Positions 8,650 through 16,618 of a stretch of 20,000 bases of DNA are shown piece by piece. The stretch lies in IMG/VR virus record IMGVR_UViG_3300009370_000013; one strand, given 5' to 3'. The notes under the pieces are model-generated. The model was not told the origin of the DNA and ran no database searches. It worked only from the letters and a program-made list of their open reading frames with translations. Origin of the DNA: an uncultured virus (IMG/VR IMGVR_UViG_3300009370_000013). Lineage: Duplodnaviria > Heunggongvirae > Uroviricota > Caudoviricetes. The translations under genes were made by a program, and so were the position numbers. Every line of letters begins with the position of its first letter. Positions within the stretch are counted from its first letter, which is position 1.

Positions 8650-9270
8650 ATGTATGACATCAAAGAATTAACCAAAGATATACACCAAAACGCAGAAAGA
8701 CAAGAGTTTGTCAAAACTCTTATGTCAGGTTCTATTGAACCTAGACTTTATGCAACCTATCTTTACAATCAATTACAATGTTATGCTATATTAGAAAAAT
8801 ATGGAATAGAAAATTCTCTATTTCGTACAACTCCTAATTTACCTAGAGCAGAACATTTACATTATGATTTTAAAGCATTATGGACAAGTGAAGACCTTCC
8901 AACAGTAACTCAAAGTACTAAAGATTATGTTGCTCATATTGAAACAATCAAAGAAGACGCAGAAAAATTATATGGTCATATCTATACTAGACATTTAGGA
9001 GATATATCTGGTGGTCAAATGATAATGAGAAAAACACCAGGACCTAATCGTTATTACAAGTTTAAACATAAAGAAATAAAAGAGTATAAACGAATAGTAA
9101 GAGAAATGATAAACAGTTATTTAAATGTTTATAAACTTAATATTCTAAATGAAGTTAAATTTTGTTTTGCAACTGCTACACAATTGTTCAAAGAAATGAA
9201 CGATATGGATTATTCAAAACCTTTAATATTAACTAACGAGGTTAAAGATGATTTGGGAACGACTAATTAA
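8650..9270 (+). CDS. hemO: Heme oxygenase (biliverdin-producing)
   Basis: KELTKDIHQNAE carries the proximal His12. Also YATYLYNQ, and the distal helix HIYTRHLGDISGGQMI (HO consensus YTRYLGDLSGGQ). The C-terminal EVKFCF...QLF helix fits. Adjacent to a bilin reductase. Confidence 0.93.
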   Translation: MYDIKELTKDIHQNAERQEFVKTLMSGSIEPRLYATYLYNQLQCYAILEKYGIENSLFRTTPNLPRAEHLHYDFKALWTSEDLPTVTQSTKDYVAHIETIKEDAEKLYGHIYTRHLGDISGGQMIMRKTPGPNRYYKFKHKEIKEYKRIVREMINSYLNVYKLNILNEVKFCFATATQLFKEMNDMDYSKPLILTNEVKDDLGTTN

Positions 9271-9925
9271 ATTAGAAAAAGATATAATCGCTATACTTGA
9301 TAGACGTTGTAAAGAATACAACGAAGACGGTATGGATAGATTTAATAATGATACTTGGGTTAACCGTACTTGGTCTAATATGAGTGTAAGACGTGCTCAC
9401 GTAGACGTAGTGGATGCTAGAGAAACAAAAGGTCTTTGGATGGCACACATATGTTTATTTCCAATGTTAACTAATGGTGGTCCAATTTATGGTTTTGATG
9501 TTATTGCAGGTAAGAATAAAGTTACAGGTGCTTTCCACGATTATAGTCCGCTATTATTAAAAGAACATCCCTTAACAAAGTATTTCATAGAAGAAACAAA
9601 GTGGTTTAAACCATCTAAAGTGAGAGAATTGCCTGATTGGGCAAAGGCTATCTTTAGTCCAGGTATGATTGCCGCTGGAAGAATAACAGAAGAGAAAGAA
9701 TTAAACCAAATATGTACTCTTGCTACGTCTAATTTAGAAAATTATCTTGACAAAATTGGTCATTATAATAGCGATTCAAAGGAAGAAGATGTAATAAGAG
9801 CACAAAATTTTTATTGCGAACACCAACAACAAAATCCACACACCCCTAGAGTAATGAAAACTCTTGGACTGCCTGAAGATGATATAAAACTATTCTGTAC
9901 TGATAATTTGTTTCCGAAGATATAA
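9248..9925 (+). CDS. pcyX: Ferredoxin-dependent bilin reductase, PcyA/PcyX family (PcyX-type)
   Basis: RRAHVD, WMAHICLFP (His67), PIYGFDVIAG (Asp84), AFHDYSP, RELPDWAKAIFS and QNFYCEHQQQNPHTPRVM. The His/Asp pair corresponds to PcyA His88/Asp105. Asp53 and Met65 occupy the PcyA Glu76 and Ile86 positions, as I recall for PcyX. Overlaps hemO by 23 nt. Confidence 0.88.
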   Translation: MIWERLIKLEKDIIAILDRRCKEYNEDGMDRFNNDTWVNRTWSNMSVRRAHVDVVDARETKGLWMAHICLFPMLTNGGPIYGFDVIAGKNKVTGAFHDYSPLLLKEHPLTKYFIEETKWFKPSKVRELPDWAKAIFSPGMIAAGRITEEKELNQICTLATSNLENYLDKIGHYNSDSKEEDVIRAQNFYCEHQQQNPHTPRVMKTLGLPEDDIKLFCTDNLFPKI

Positions 9926-9932
9926 TTGTTAT

Positions 9933-9940
9933 TATAAATA
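9933..9940 (+). promoter_or_regulatory. T4-type late promoter
   Basis: Exact TATAAATA between pcyX and gp13, with AAGGA SD before the ATG at 9959. Confidence 0.8.
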
Positions 9941-9958
9941 TACAATAAAGGAACCAGT

Positions 9959-10780
9959 ATGGCAAAACCAGCATCCAGAGAAACAATAAAACAATACGCT
10001 TTAAGAGCATTAGGTAAACCTGTAATTGAAATCAATGTTGATGACGACCAACTAGAAGATAGAATAGATGAAGCATTACAATATTTTTCTCAATACCACT
10101 ATGATGGTGTTAAAAGAACCTATTTAAAGTACAAGTATACATCAGCAGATAAAGCTAGAATTTTAGCAGATACTACTGAAACCGAATCTAAAACGTATGG
10201 TGATTCTTCTGTAGTAAATACAGAATGGAAAGAAGGTAATGGATATATTGTATGTCCTGAATCTGTTTTATCTGTAATTAATATATTTCCATTTTCAAAC
10301 AAAGGTAATTTAAATTTATTTGATGTTAGATATCAATTAAGATTAAATGACCTATATGATTTTTCTTCAACGTCTGTTATTAACTATGATGTTGTATTAA
10401 GACATTTAGATTTTTTAGACCATATATTAGTCGGAGAAAAACCTTATAGATTTAACCAATTAGATAATAGACTTTATGTTGATATGGATTGGAAAAATGA
10501 TTTACAAGTAGATGAATTTCTTGTAATAGAATGCTGGAGAAAATTAGACCCTAACCAATATACAGATGTCTTTAATGATATTTGGTTAAAAAGATACGTA
10601 ACTGCTTTATTCAAAAAACAATGGGGAGCTAATTTGTCTAAATTTAATGGTGTTGCAATGATTGGTGGAGTTACATTAAACGGTCAACAAATTTATAGTG
10701 AAGCGTTAGAAGCTTTAGATAAATTAGAAATAAAATTAAGGAGCGATTTTGAGGAACCCCTACCTTTACAGATAGGATAA
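9959..10780 (+). CDS. gp13: T4-like neck protein gp13
   Basis: LRALGKPVIEINVDDDQLEDRIDEALQYF..YHYDG and WLKRYVTALFKKQWGANLSKF.G...GGVTLNG; first gene of the gp13-gp20 synteny block. Confidence 0.93.
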   Translation: MAKPASRETIKQYALRALGKPVIEINVDDDQLEDRIDEALQYFSQYHYDGVKRTYLKYKYTSADKARILADTTETESKTYGDSSVVNTEWKEGNGYIVCPESVLSVINIFPFSNKGNLNLFDVRYQLRLNDLYDFSSTSVINYDVVLRHLDFLDHILVGEKPYRFNQLDNRLYVDMDWKNDLQVDEFLVIECWRKLDPNQYTDVFNDIWLKRYVTALFKKQWGANLSKFNGVAMIGGVTLNGQQIYSEALEALDKLEIKLRSDFEEPLPLQIG

Positions 10781-10784
10781 TGCT

Positions 10785-11618
10785 ATGCCAGTTAATCATT
10801 ACTTTTCAGGTGGAAAAGGCATAGGTAATGCTGCCGAAAAAAGACTACACGAAGATATAATAGTTGAAGGTCTTAAAATTTACGGTCAGGATGTCTATTA
10901 CTTACCACGAACATTAGTCAATAAAGATTTAATACTAGGAGAAGATGTATCTAGTAGATTTGATGATTCTTATTTGATAGAAATGTATTTTGAAAATAAT
11001 ACAGGATTTGCTGGTGAACAAGAAATCATAAGTAAGTTTGGATTAGAAATTCGTGATGATACATCATTAATGGTTTCAAAAAGAAGTTGGACAAATTTAG
11101 TTGGTAATAAGGCAACACAGGTTGGTTCTTCTTTATCAGTTACAGGAAGACCAAACGAAGGTGATATTATATATGTGCCTTTGATGAAATCTTTTTTTGA
11201 AATTTTATTTGTAGAAGACCAAGAACCATTTTTCCAATTAGGCAATCTGCCAGTTTATAAATTAAAAGTAACTCGTTGGGAGTATGCAAGTGAAAAACTT
11301 GATACTGGTTTATCTACTATTGACCAACACGAAGATACACATACACTAGACCAATTAGCATATAAGTTTACTTTAGAATATGGACAAGAAGTTATGACAG
11401 GTAAAGGTTCAGTACAATTAGAAAGTTATCACGATTATTCAACTGGTCAACCAGCACTTTTAATGAACGAAGATTTTACAGAGTCTAATATACAGACACA
11501 ATCTCCATATGCAGATAATTTAGACTTGAATAAAGAGGCAGGATATGATACTGTTTCAACAGCGGATGATATACTTGACTTTACAGAAAGAAATCCTTTT
11601 GGGGAGATAGATGAATAA
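10785..11618 (+). CDS. gp14: T4-like neck protein gp14 (head closure)
   Basis: YGQDVYYLPR, SKFGLEIRD, RPNEGDIIY.P...FEI.FVE...PFFQLG and C-terminal DFTERNPFG; synteny. Confidence 0.93.
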   Translation: MPVNHYFSGGKGIGNAAEKRLHEDIIVEGLKIYGQDVYYLPRTLVNKDLILGEDVSSRFDDSYLIEMYFENNTGFAGEQEIISKFGLEIRDDTSLMVSKRSWTNLVGNKATQVGSSLSVTGRPNEGDIIYVPLMKSFFEILFVEDQEPFFQLGNLPVYKLKVTRWEYASEKLDTGLSTIDQHEDTHTLDQLAYKFTLEYGQEVMTGKGSVQLESYHDYSTGQPALLMNEDFTESNIQTQSPYADNLDLNKEAGYDTVSTADDILDFTERNPFGEIDE

Positions 11619-12421
11619 TGTTTGGAACACACTTTTATAATCAAAGTTTAAGAAGACTAACTATTGCATTTGGACAGATTTTTAATAATATAATTATTCA
11701 ACAAAAATCTGGTACAGGTGCTATTACTAAAAGAATACGTGTGCCTTTAGCATACGCTCCTAAAGAAAAGTTTATAGCCAGAATAGACCAACAAGCAAGT
11801 TTAGAAAAAGGTAAAACGTTTGCTATTGTATTACCTAGAATGGGATTTGAATTAACAGGTTTAAAGTATGACGCCACTAGAAAACTAAACAAACTTCAAA
11901 AAACAGTTAGAGTTAAAACTTCTGATTCTACTGTACATAATTTTAATTATTCACCAGTACCCTATGATATAAGTTTTAGTCTTTATTCTTTTACGGCTAC
12001 AGCAGAAAATGGACTACAGATAATTGAACAAATATTACCATATTTTGCACCAGACTATACAGTTACTATTAATGCAATACCAGAATTAAATATTAAAAGG
12101 GACGTGCCTATTGTTTTAGATGAAGTACAATATGAAGATACATATGATGGTGAATTTAATAAGCGTAGAGCTGTTATATATACTTTACAGTTTACTGCTA
12201 AAACTTACTTATATGGACCTATGGCACAAAGTAAAGTTATTAGAAAATCACAAGCAGATTTAGGAACATCTACGGATGCTCCTTTATCAAGAGAAGAAAG
12301 AATTATAGTAATACCAAATCCTGAAAGTGCAGACGCAGATGATGATTTTGGATTTACAACAAAGATTAGTTTCTATGATGATACAAAGAAATATAATCCA
12401 GTAACAGGAGAAGATGAATAA
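11618..12421 (+). CDS. gp15: T4-like tail terminator / sheath stabiliser gp15
   Basis: FY...RR...AFG.IFNNI, VPLAYAPKEKF, LPRMGFE, QIIEQILPYF.P and FTAKTYLYGP. TAATG stop-start coupling with gp14. Confidence 0.93.
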   Translation: MFGTHFYNQSLRRLTIAFGQIFNNIIIQQKSGTGAITKRIRVPLAYAPKEKFIARIDQQASLEKGKTFAIVLPRMGFELTGLKYDATRKLNKLQKTVRVKTSDSTVHNFNYSPVPYDISFSLYSFTATAENGLQIIEQILPYFAPDYTVTINAIPELNIKRDVPIVLDEVQYEDTYDGEFNKRRAVIYTLQFTAKTYLYGPMAQSKVIRKSQADLGTSTDAPLSREERIIVIPNPESADADDDFGFTTKISFYDDTKKYNPVTGEDE

Positions 12422-12927
12422 TGAGTAAATTGGAAGAAAGTGTTAATGAGATATTAGGTTTGGAAGGTAAAGATAAAGTTATACCAGAGAACCTTGAACC
12501 ACAAAAGGGGTTTAAAGTTCCTGTTCCTAGAAAGAATGGAGAAGTTCCTTTAAAAGTTGAAAAAGATATTAATACTGATTATGATTATAGTAGAGAAAGT
12601 TATTATAGTATAATAGAAAAAGGACAAGAAGCAATACAAGGTATATTAGATATTGCAAAAGAAGGACAACACCCTAGAGCTTATGAAGTTGTTGGTCAAT
12701 TGATAGGACAAGTTGGTACTACAGTTGATAAATTACAAGATTTACAAAAGAAATTTAAAGACTTAAAAGAATTACCTAATAGAACAAATGCAAATATTAA
12801 AAATGCATTGTTTGTAGGGTCAACTGCTGAATTACAGAAGATGTTAAATAAGCAAACTATGGAAACAAAAATGGAAAAGAAAAATGAAAATGAAACTATT
12901 GACGGCAAATCAAAAGATAGCGAATAA
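12421..12927 (+). CDS. gp16: Terminase small subunit gp16
   Basis: DYDYSRE.YY..IEKGQEAI.GIL..A....HPRAYEV and NALFVGSTAELQKML, typical of marine T4-like gp16. TAATG coupling with gp15. Confidence 0.9.
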   Translation: MSKLEESVNEILGLEGKDKVIPENLEPQKGFKVPVPRKNGEVPLKVEKDINTDYDYSRESYYSIIEKGQEAIQGILDIAKEGQHPRAYEVVGQLIGQVGTTVDKLQDLQKKFKDLKELPNRTNANIKNALFVGSTAELQKMLNKQTMETKMEKKNENETIDGKSKDSE

Positions 12928-13174
12928 AATTCCTATAGAGCTAAAAGACTTAATCTATATTAAGTCAATGACACCACTAAAAGAATTATTAGATGGTGAA
13001 TCATTAAATTATCCAATAGAAGTAAAAGAACACATTGTATCCGAAGTACCTAGATACGGTGCAATGGGTATACCCTATATAGAAAAAGAATATAGTGTGT
13101 GGAGAGGTAGTCAACGAGTGCAGGCAGCTAAACAATTAGGTTATACACATATAGAAGGAGTAATAGTTAAGTGA
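12884..13174 (+). CDS. Small ParB/sulfiredoxin-N-terminal-like protein
   Basis: YPIEV...YSVWRGSQRVQAAKQLGYTHIEGVIV resembles the ParB/Srx G.(H)R..A...LG...I motif. The start could be 12884 or 12890. The stop overlaps the hemA start (GTGA). Confidence 0.6.
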   Translation: MKMKLLTANQKIANKIPIELKDLIYIKSMTPLKELLDGESLNYPIEVKEHIVSEVPRYGAMGIPYIEKEYSVWRGSQRVQAAKQLGYTHIEGVIVK

Positions 13175-14388
13175 AACATTTAGAAGAATTTACAAAAATA
13201 ATAAATGAATATAAAGAAGATGGAAGATACCGTGTCTTTAATGATATAGTTAGGACTAGAGGAAACTTTCCTCACGCTATTTGGTATTCAAAATACTCAA
13301 TTAAAAAAATAGTTAATTGGTGTTCTAACGATTATTTAGGTATGGGACAACACTCTTATGTTATAGACTCAATGAAAACAGCATTAGAATCAAGTGGGGC
13401 AGGTGCTGGAGGTACAAGAAACATATCTGGTTCTACTCACTATCATAATGCTTTAGAAGAAGAATTAGCAGATTTTCATAAAAAAGAAAAGGCATTAATA
13501 TTTACTTCAGCATATAATGCTAATCAAACAACTTTAGAAACTTTAGGAAAAATTATACCTGAATTATTGTATATATCAGATTCATTAAATCACTCTTCTC
13601 TTATACAAGGCATTAGGCATAGTAGATGTAAGAAAGAAATATTTAAACATAATGATGTAGAAGATTTAGAAAGAATTTTAAAATCATACGAAGGTCCAAA
13701 ATGTGTAGTATTTGAAAGTGTATATTCTATGGACGGAGATATTGGACCAGTAAAAGAAATAGTAGAACTAGCTAAAAAATATAATGCAATAACATTTTTA
13801 GATGAAGTACACGCTGTTGGTTTATATGGTGCAACAGGTGGTGGTATTACTGAAAGAGATAATATAGAAGTAGATATTATTAATGGAACATTAGCAAAAG
13901 CATTTGGAGTACAAGGTGGATACATTGCAGGAAAAAAAGATTTTATTGACGCCATAAGAAGTTTGGCAAGTGCTTTTATATTTACAACTAGTTTAAGTCC
14001 AGTAATTTGTGCTGGTGCTTTAACAAGTATTAAATATGTTAGAGACCATCCTGAATTAAGAGAACAAATACACGAAAGAGCAAATAAAACTAAATTAGAA
14101 CTTGCTAGACAAGGTATAGAAGTTATGAAAAATGATAGTCATATTGTTCCTGTAATTATTGGAGACCCTAAAAGAGCTAAAGCAATATCAGATGAACTTT
14201 TATATAAAGAAGGTATCTATGTACAACCTATTAATTGGCCGACTGTTCCTGTAGGTACTGAAAGATTAAGATTTACTCCTACACCATTTCATACAGACGC
14301 ATTAATCTTTGATATGGTAGTAAAACTAAAAGCGGCTATGAAAAAATGTGGAGGTAAAAGTGCAATACAAAGTAATGCCAAAACATAG
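13171..14388 (+). CDS. hemA: 5-aminolevulinate synthase (PLP-dependent, Shemin/C4 pathway)
   Basis: GRYRVF, WCSNDYLGMG, GAGAGGTRNISG, NHSSLIQGI, FESVYSMDGD, DEVHAVGLYG, GTLAKAFG (PLP Lys243), FIFTTSL, SHIVP and YVQPINWPTVP.GTERLR. GTRNISG, FIFTTS and SHIVP favour ALAS over BioF/Kbl. GTG start preceded by GGAG. Confidence 0.93.
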   Translation: MKHLEEFTKIINEYKEDGRYRVFNDIVRTRGNFPHAIWYSKYSIKKIVNWCSNDYLGMGQHSYVIDSMKTALESSGAGAGGTRNISGSTHYHNALEEELADFHKKEKALIFTSAYNANQTTLETLGKIIPELLYISDSLNHSSLIQGIRHSRCKKEIFKHNDVEDLERILKSYEGPKCVVFESVYSMDGDIGPVKEIVELAKKYNAITFLDEVHAVGLYGATGGGITERDNIEVDIINGTLAKAFGVQGGYIAGKKDFIDAIRSLASAFIFTTSLSPVICAGALTSIKYVRDHPELREQIHERANKTKLELARQGIEVMKNDSHIVPVIIGDPKRAKAISDELLYKEGIYVQPINWPTVPVGTERLRFTPTPFHTDALIFDMVVKLKAAMKKCGGKSAIQSNAKT

Positions 14389-14956
14389 AGAATATATTAT
14401 ACCAACAACTTCTTGTATAGGAGGTTGGTATATTCCTTCTGGTATTTGTGATGGACTTATAAATTTATTTAAAGAGAATAAACAAGCACAAAAACCAGGT
14501 GTTGTAGGTTTCACTTCAAAAATTAATAAAGAAGTAAAAGATTCTATAGATATTGGATTAGATCCAAATTGGGAAGAACCACGGTTTATGAAATATAAAA
14601 ATGTGTTGAAACAATGTGTTGGTCTATACGAAGAGAAATATCCTGAAGTTAAAGAGTTTGAAAGATATGGAATGATTGAAGGAGGAAATTTACAATATTA
14701 TCCACCAGGTGGAGGTTATTTTACTAAGCATTGTGAAAGAACTTCCAGGCACGAAAACCGTTGTCTTGTTTGGATGACTTATTTAAATGATGTTCCTAAC
14801 GGTGGTACACATTTTAAATATCAGAATACAACAACTCCTGCTGAAAAAGGTTTGACTTTGATTTGGCCGACTGACTTTACACATACACATAGCGGACAAA
14901 TTTCCAAGACCCACGAAAAATATATCATAACTGGTTGGTTTGGGTATCAATTATAA
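14360..14956 (+). CDS. 2OG-Fe(II) oxygenase (prolyl-4-hydroxylase-like phage family)
   Basis: LQYYPPGGGYFTKHCE (HxE), R.LVWMTYLNDV..GGT.F, IWP.DFTHTH.G (distal His) and KYIITGW. The start is uncertain (14348, 14360 or 14375); the in-frame GTG at 14360 lies 5 nt after GGAGG (14350-14354). Confidence 0.88.
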   Translation: MQYKVMPKHREYIIPTTSCIGGWYIPSGICDGLINLFKENKQAQKPGVVGFTSKINKEVKDSIDIGLDPNWEEPRFMKYKNVLKQCVGLYEEKYPEVKEFERYGMIEGGNLQYYPPGGGYFTKHCERTSRHENRCLVWMTYLNDVPNGGTHFKYQNTTTPAEKGLTLIWPTDFTHTHSGQISKTHEKYIITGWFGYQL

Positions 14957-14959
14957 ATA
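14952..14959 (+). promoter_or_regulatory. T4-type late promoter overlapping the oxygenase stop codon
   Basis: Exact TATAAATA containing the TAA stop (14954-14956), separated by 5 nt from the ATG at 14965. Confidence 0.75.
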
Positions 14960-14964
14960 GTAAT

Positions 14965-16599
14965 ATGCCAGCAACAGACGCATATTTAGGAAATCCTAAT
15001 TTAAAAAAAGTAAATATACCAGTTGAATTTACTAAAGACCAAATTGTAGAATTTCAAAAGTGTAAAACAGATCCAATATATTTTATGGAGAAATGGATGA
15101 AAATCGTTTCTCTTGATGAAGGACTTATATCTTTTAAACTATATGATTTCCAAAAGAAGATTGTAACTACAATAGATAAAGAAAGATTTACTATTTGCAA
15201 ATTGCCTAGACAATCAGGTAAATCAACAACAACAATTGCATATCTTTTACACTATGCAATATTTAATCCAAATTCAAACATAGCAATTCTTGCTAATAAA
15301 TCTTCTACTGCTAGAGATATATTAGGAAGATTACAATTAGCATATGAAAATTTGCCTAAATGGTTGCAACAAGGAGTTATTAATTGGAACAAAGGTAATA
15401 TAGAATTAGAAAATAAATCTACTATTATTGCTGCCGCTACATCTTCAAGTGCAATAAGAGGTGGTACATATAATATAATATTTCTTGATGAGTTTGCTTT
15501 CGTACCTGCTAATATAGCAGAAATGTTTTTTAGTTCAGTTTATCCTACTATTACATCTGGTAAAACTTCAAAGGTTATTATCGTATCAACACCTCACGGA
15601 ATGAATCAATTTTATAAATTATGGACAGACGCTGAAAATGGAAGAAATGATTATAAACCTATTGAAGTACATTGGTCAGAAGTTCCAGGTAGAGATGAAA
15701 AATGGAAAGAAACAACTATACGTAATACATCAGCAGCACAATTTCAACAAGAGTTTGAGTGTGAATTTTTAGGGTCAGTAGATACATTAATTTCACCAGT
15801 TAAGATTAAACAAACACCTTATATGACACCATTAACTTCAAGTGGTGGTTTAGATGTATTTGAAAAGGTTGTAAATGGTAGAAATTATGTTTGTTGTGTT
15901 GATGTAGCGAGAGGTGTAGATAGAGATTATTCAGCATTTTTAATGTTTGATGTAACTCAAATGCCTTATAGAGTTGTTGCCAAATATAGAAGTAATGAAG
16001 TTAAACCAATTCTATTTCCACACTTAATACAAAAAGCGTGTAAGGGTTATAACACGGCAGATATTCTTTGTGAAACAAATGATATAGGTCAACAAATAGG
16101 TGAATCATTAAACTATGAATTAGAATATCCTAATCTATTAATGACTACTCAAAGAGGTAGAGCAGGTCAGATATTGGGTGCAGGATATAGTGGAAGAGGT
16201 TCTGGTTTTGGTGTTCGTATGACAAAACAGATTAAAAAAGTTGGTTGTTCTAACATTAAGACATTGATTGAAGGAGATAAAGTTATTATTAATGACTTCA
16301 ATATCATAGAAGAAATGTCAACTTATGCTCGTAAAGGAAATTCTTGGCAAGCGGAAGAAGGATGTAATGATGATTTAATGACTTGTCTTGTATTATTTGG
16401 TTGGTTGTCTAATCAACCTTACTTTAAAGAAATGACTAATACAAATGCTAGACAACAGTTATATGAAGAACAAGAAAAATTAATAGAGCAAGATATGGCT
16501 CCTTTTGGTTTTGTAGATGATGGTACTCCTGATTGGGAGAAAACAGAAGTAGATGAATATGGAACAGTCTGGTATCCAGTTGTCAGAAAAGGGCTCTAA
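14965..16599 (+). CDS. gp17: Terminase large subunit gp17
   Basis: YLGNPNLKK N-terminus, Q motif LYDFQ, Walker A PRQSGKST, Walker B IIFLDEFAF, motif III VSTPHG, nuclease VDVARG and DDLM. ATG 14965 (MPATDAYLGNP) is more plausible than the track start at 14935. Confidence 0.96.
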   Translation: MPATDAYLGNPNLKKVNIPVEFTKDQIVEFQKCKTDPIYFMEKWMKIVSLDEGLISFKLYDFQKKIVTTIDKERFTICKLPRQSGKSTTTIAYLLHYAIFNPNSNIAILANKSSTARDILGRLQLAYENLPKWLQQGVINWNKGNIELENKSTIIAAATSSSAIRGGTYNIIFLDEFAFVPANIAEMFFSSVYPTITSGKTSKVIIVSTPHGMNQFYKLWTDAENGRNDYKPIEVHWSEVPGRDEKWKETTIRNTSAAQFQQEFECEFLGSVDTLISPVKIKQTPYMTPLTSSGGLDVFEKVVNGRNYVCCVDVARGVDRDYSAFLMFDVTQMPYRVVAKYRSNEVKPILFPHLIQKACKGYNTADILCETNDIGQQIGESLNYELEYPNLLMTTQRGRAGQILGAGYSGRGSGFGVRMTKQIKKVGCSNIKTLIEGDKVIINDFNIIEEMSTYARKGNSWQAEEGCNDDLMTCLVLFGWLSNQPYFKEMTNTNARQQLYEEQEKLIEQDMAPFGFVDDGTPDWEKTEVDEYGTVWYPVVRKGL

Positions 16600-16610
16600 A
16601 TTAAGTATTA

Positions 16611-16618
16611 TATAAATA
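16611..16618 (+). promoter_or_regulatory. T4-type late promoter
   Basis: Exact TATAAATA in the gp17-gp18 gap; AAGGAG SD at about 16699-16704. Confidence 0.8.

Noticed and set aside
8650..9925. Interpretation as a cyanophage ho1-pcyA/pebS locus or a host contaminant
   Set aside because: The residues fit PcyX, the accompanying ALAS is not a cyanobacterial enzyme, and the genes are embedded between phage structural genes and late promoters.
13171..14388. BioF, Kbl or serine palmitoyltransferase assignment
   Set aside because: WCSNDYLG, GTRNISG, FIFTTS and SHIVP motifs plus the heme context favour ALAS.
14935..14964. ORF-track N-terminal extension of gp17 (MVWVSIINSN)
   Set aside because: It overlaps the oxygenase gene and spans the late promoter; conserved gp17 sequence begins at ATG 14965.
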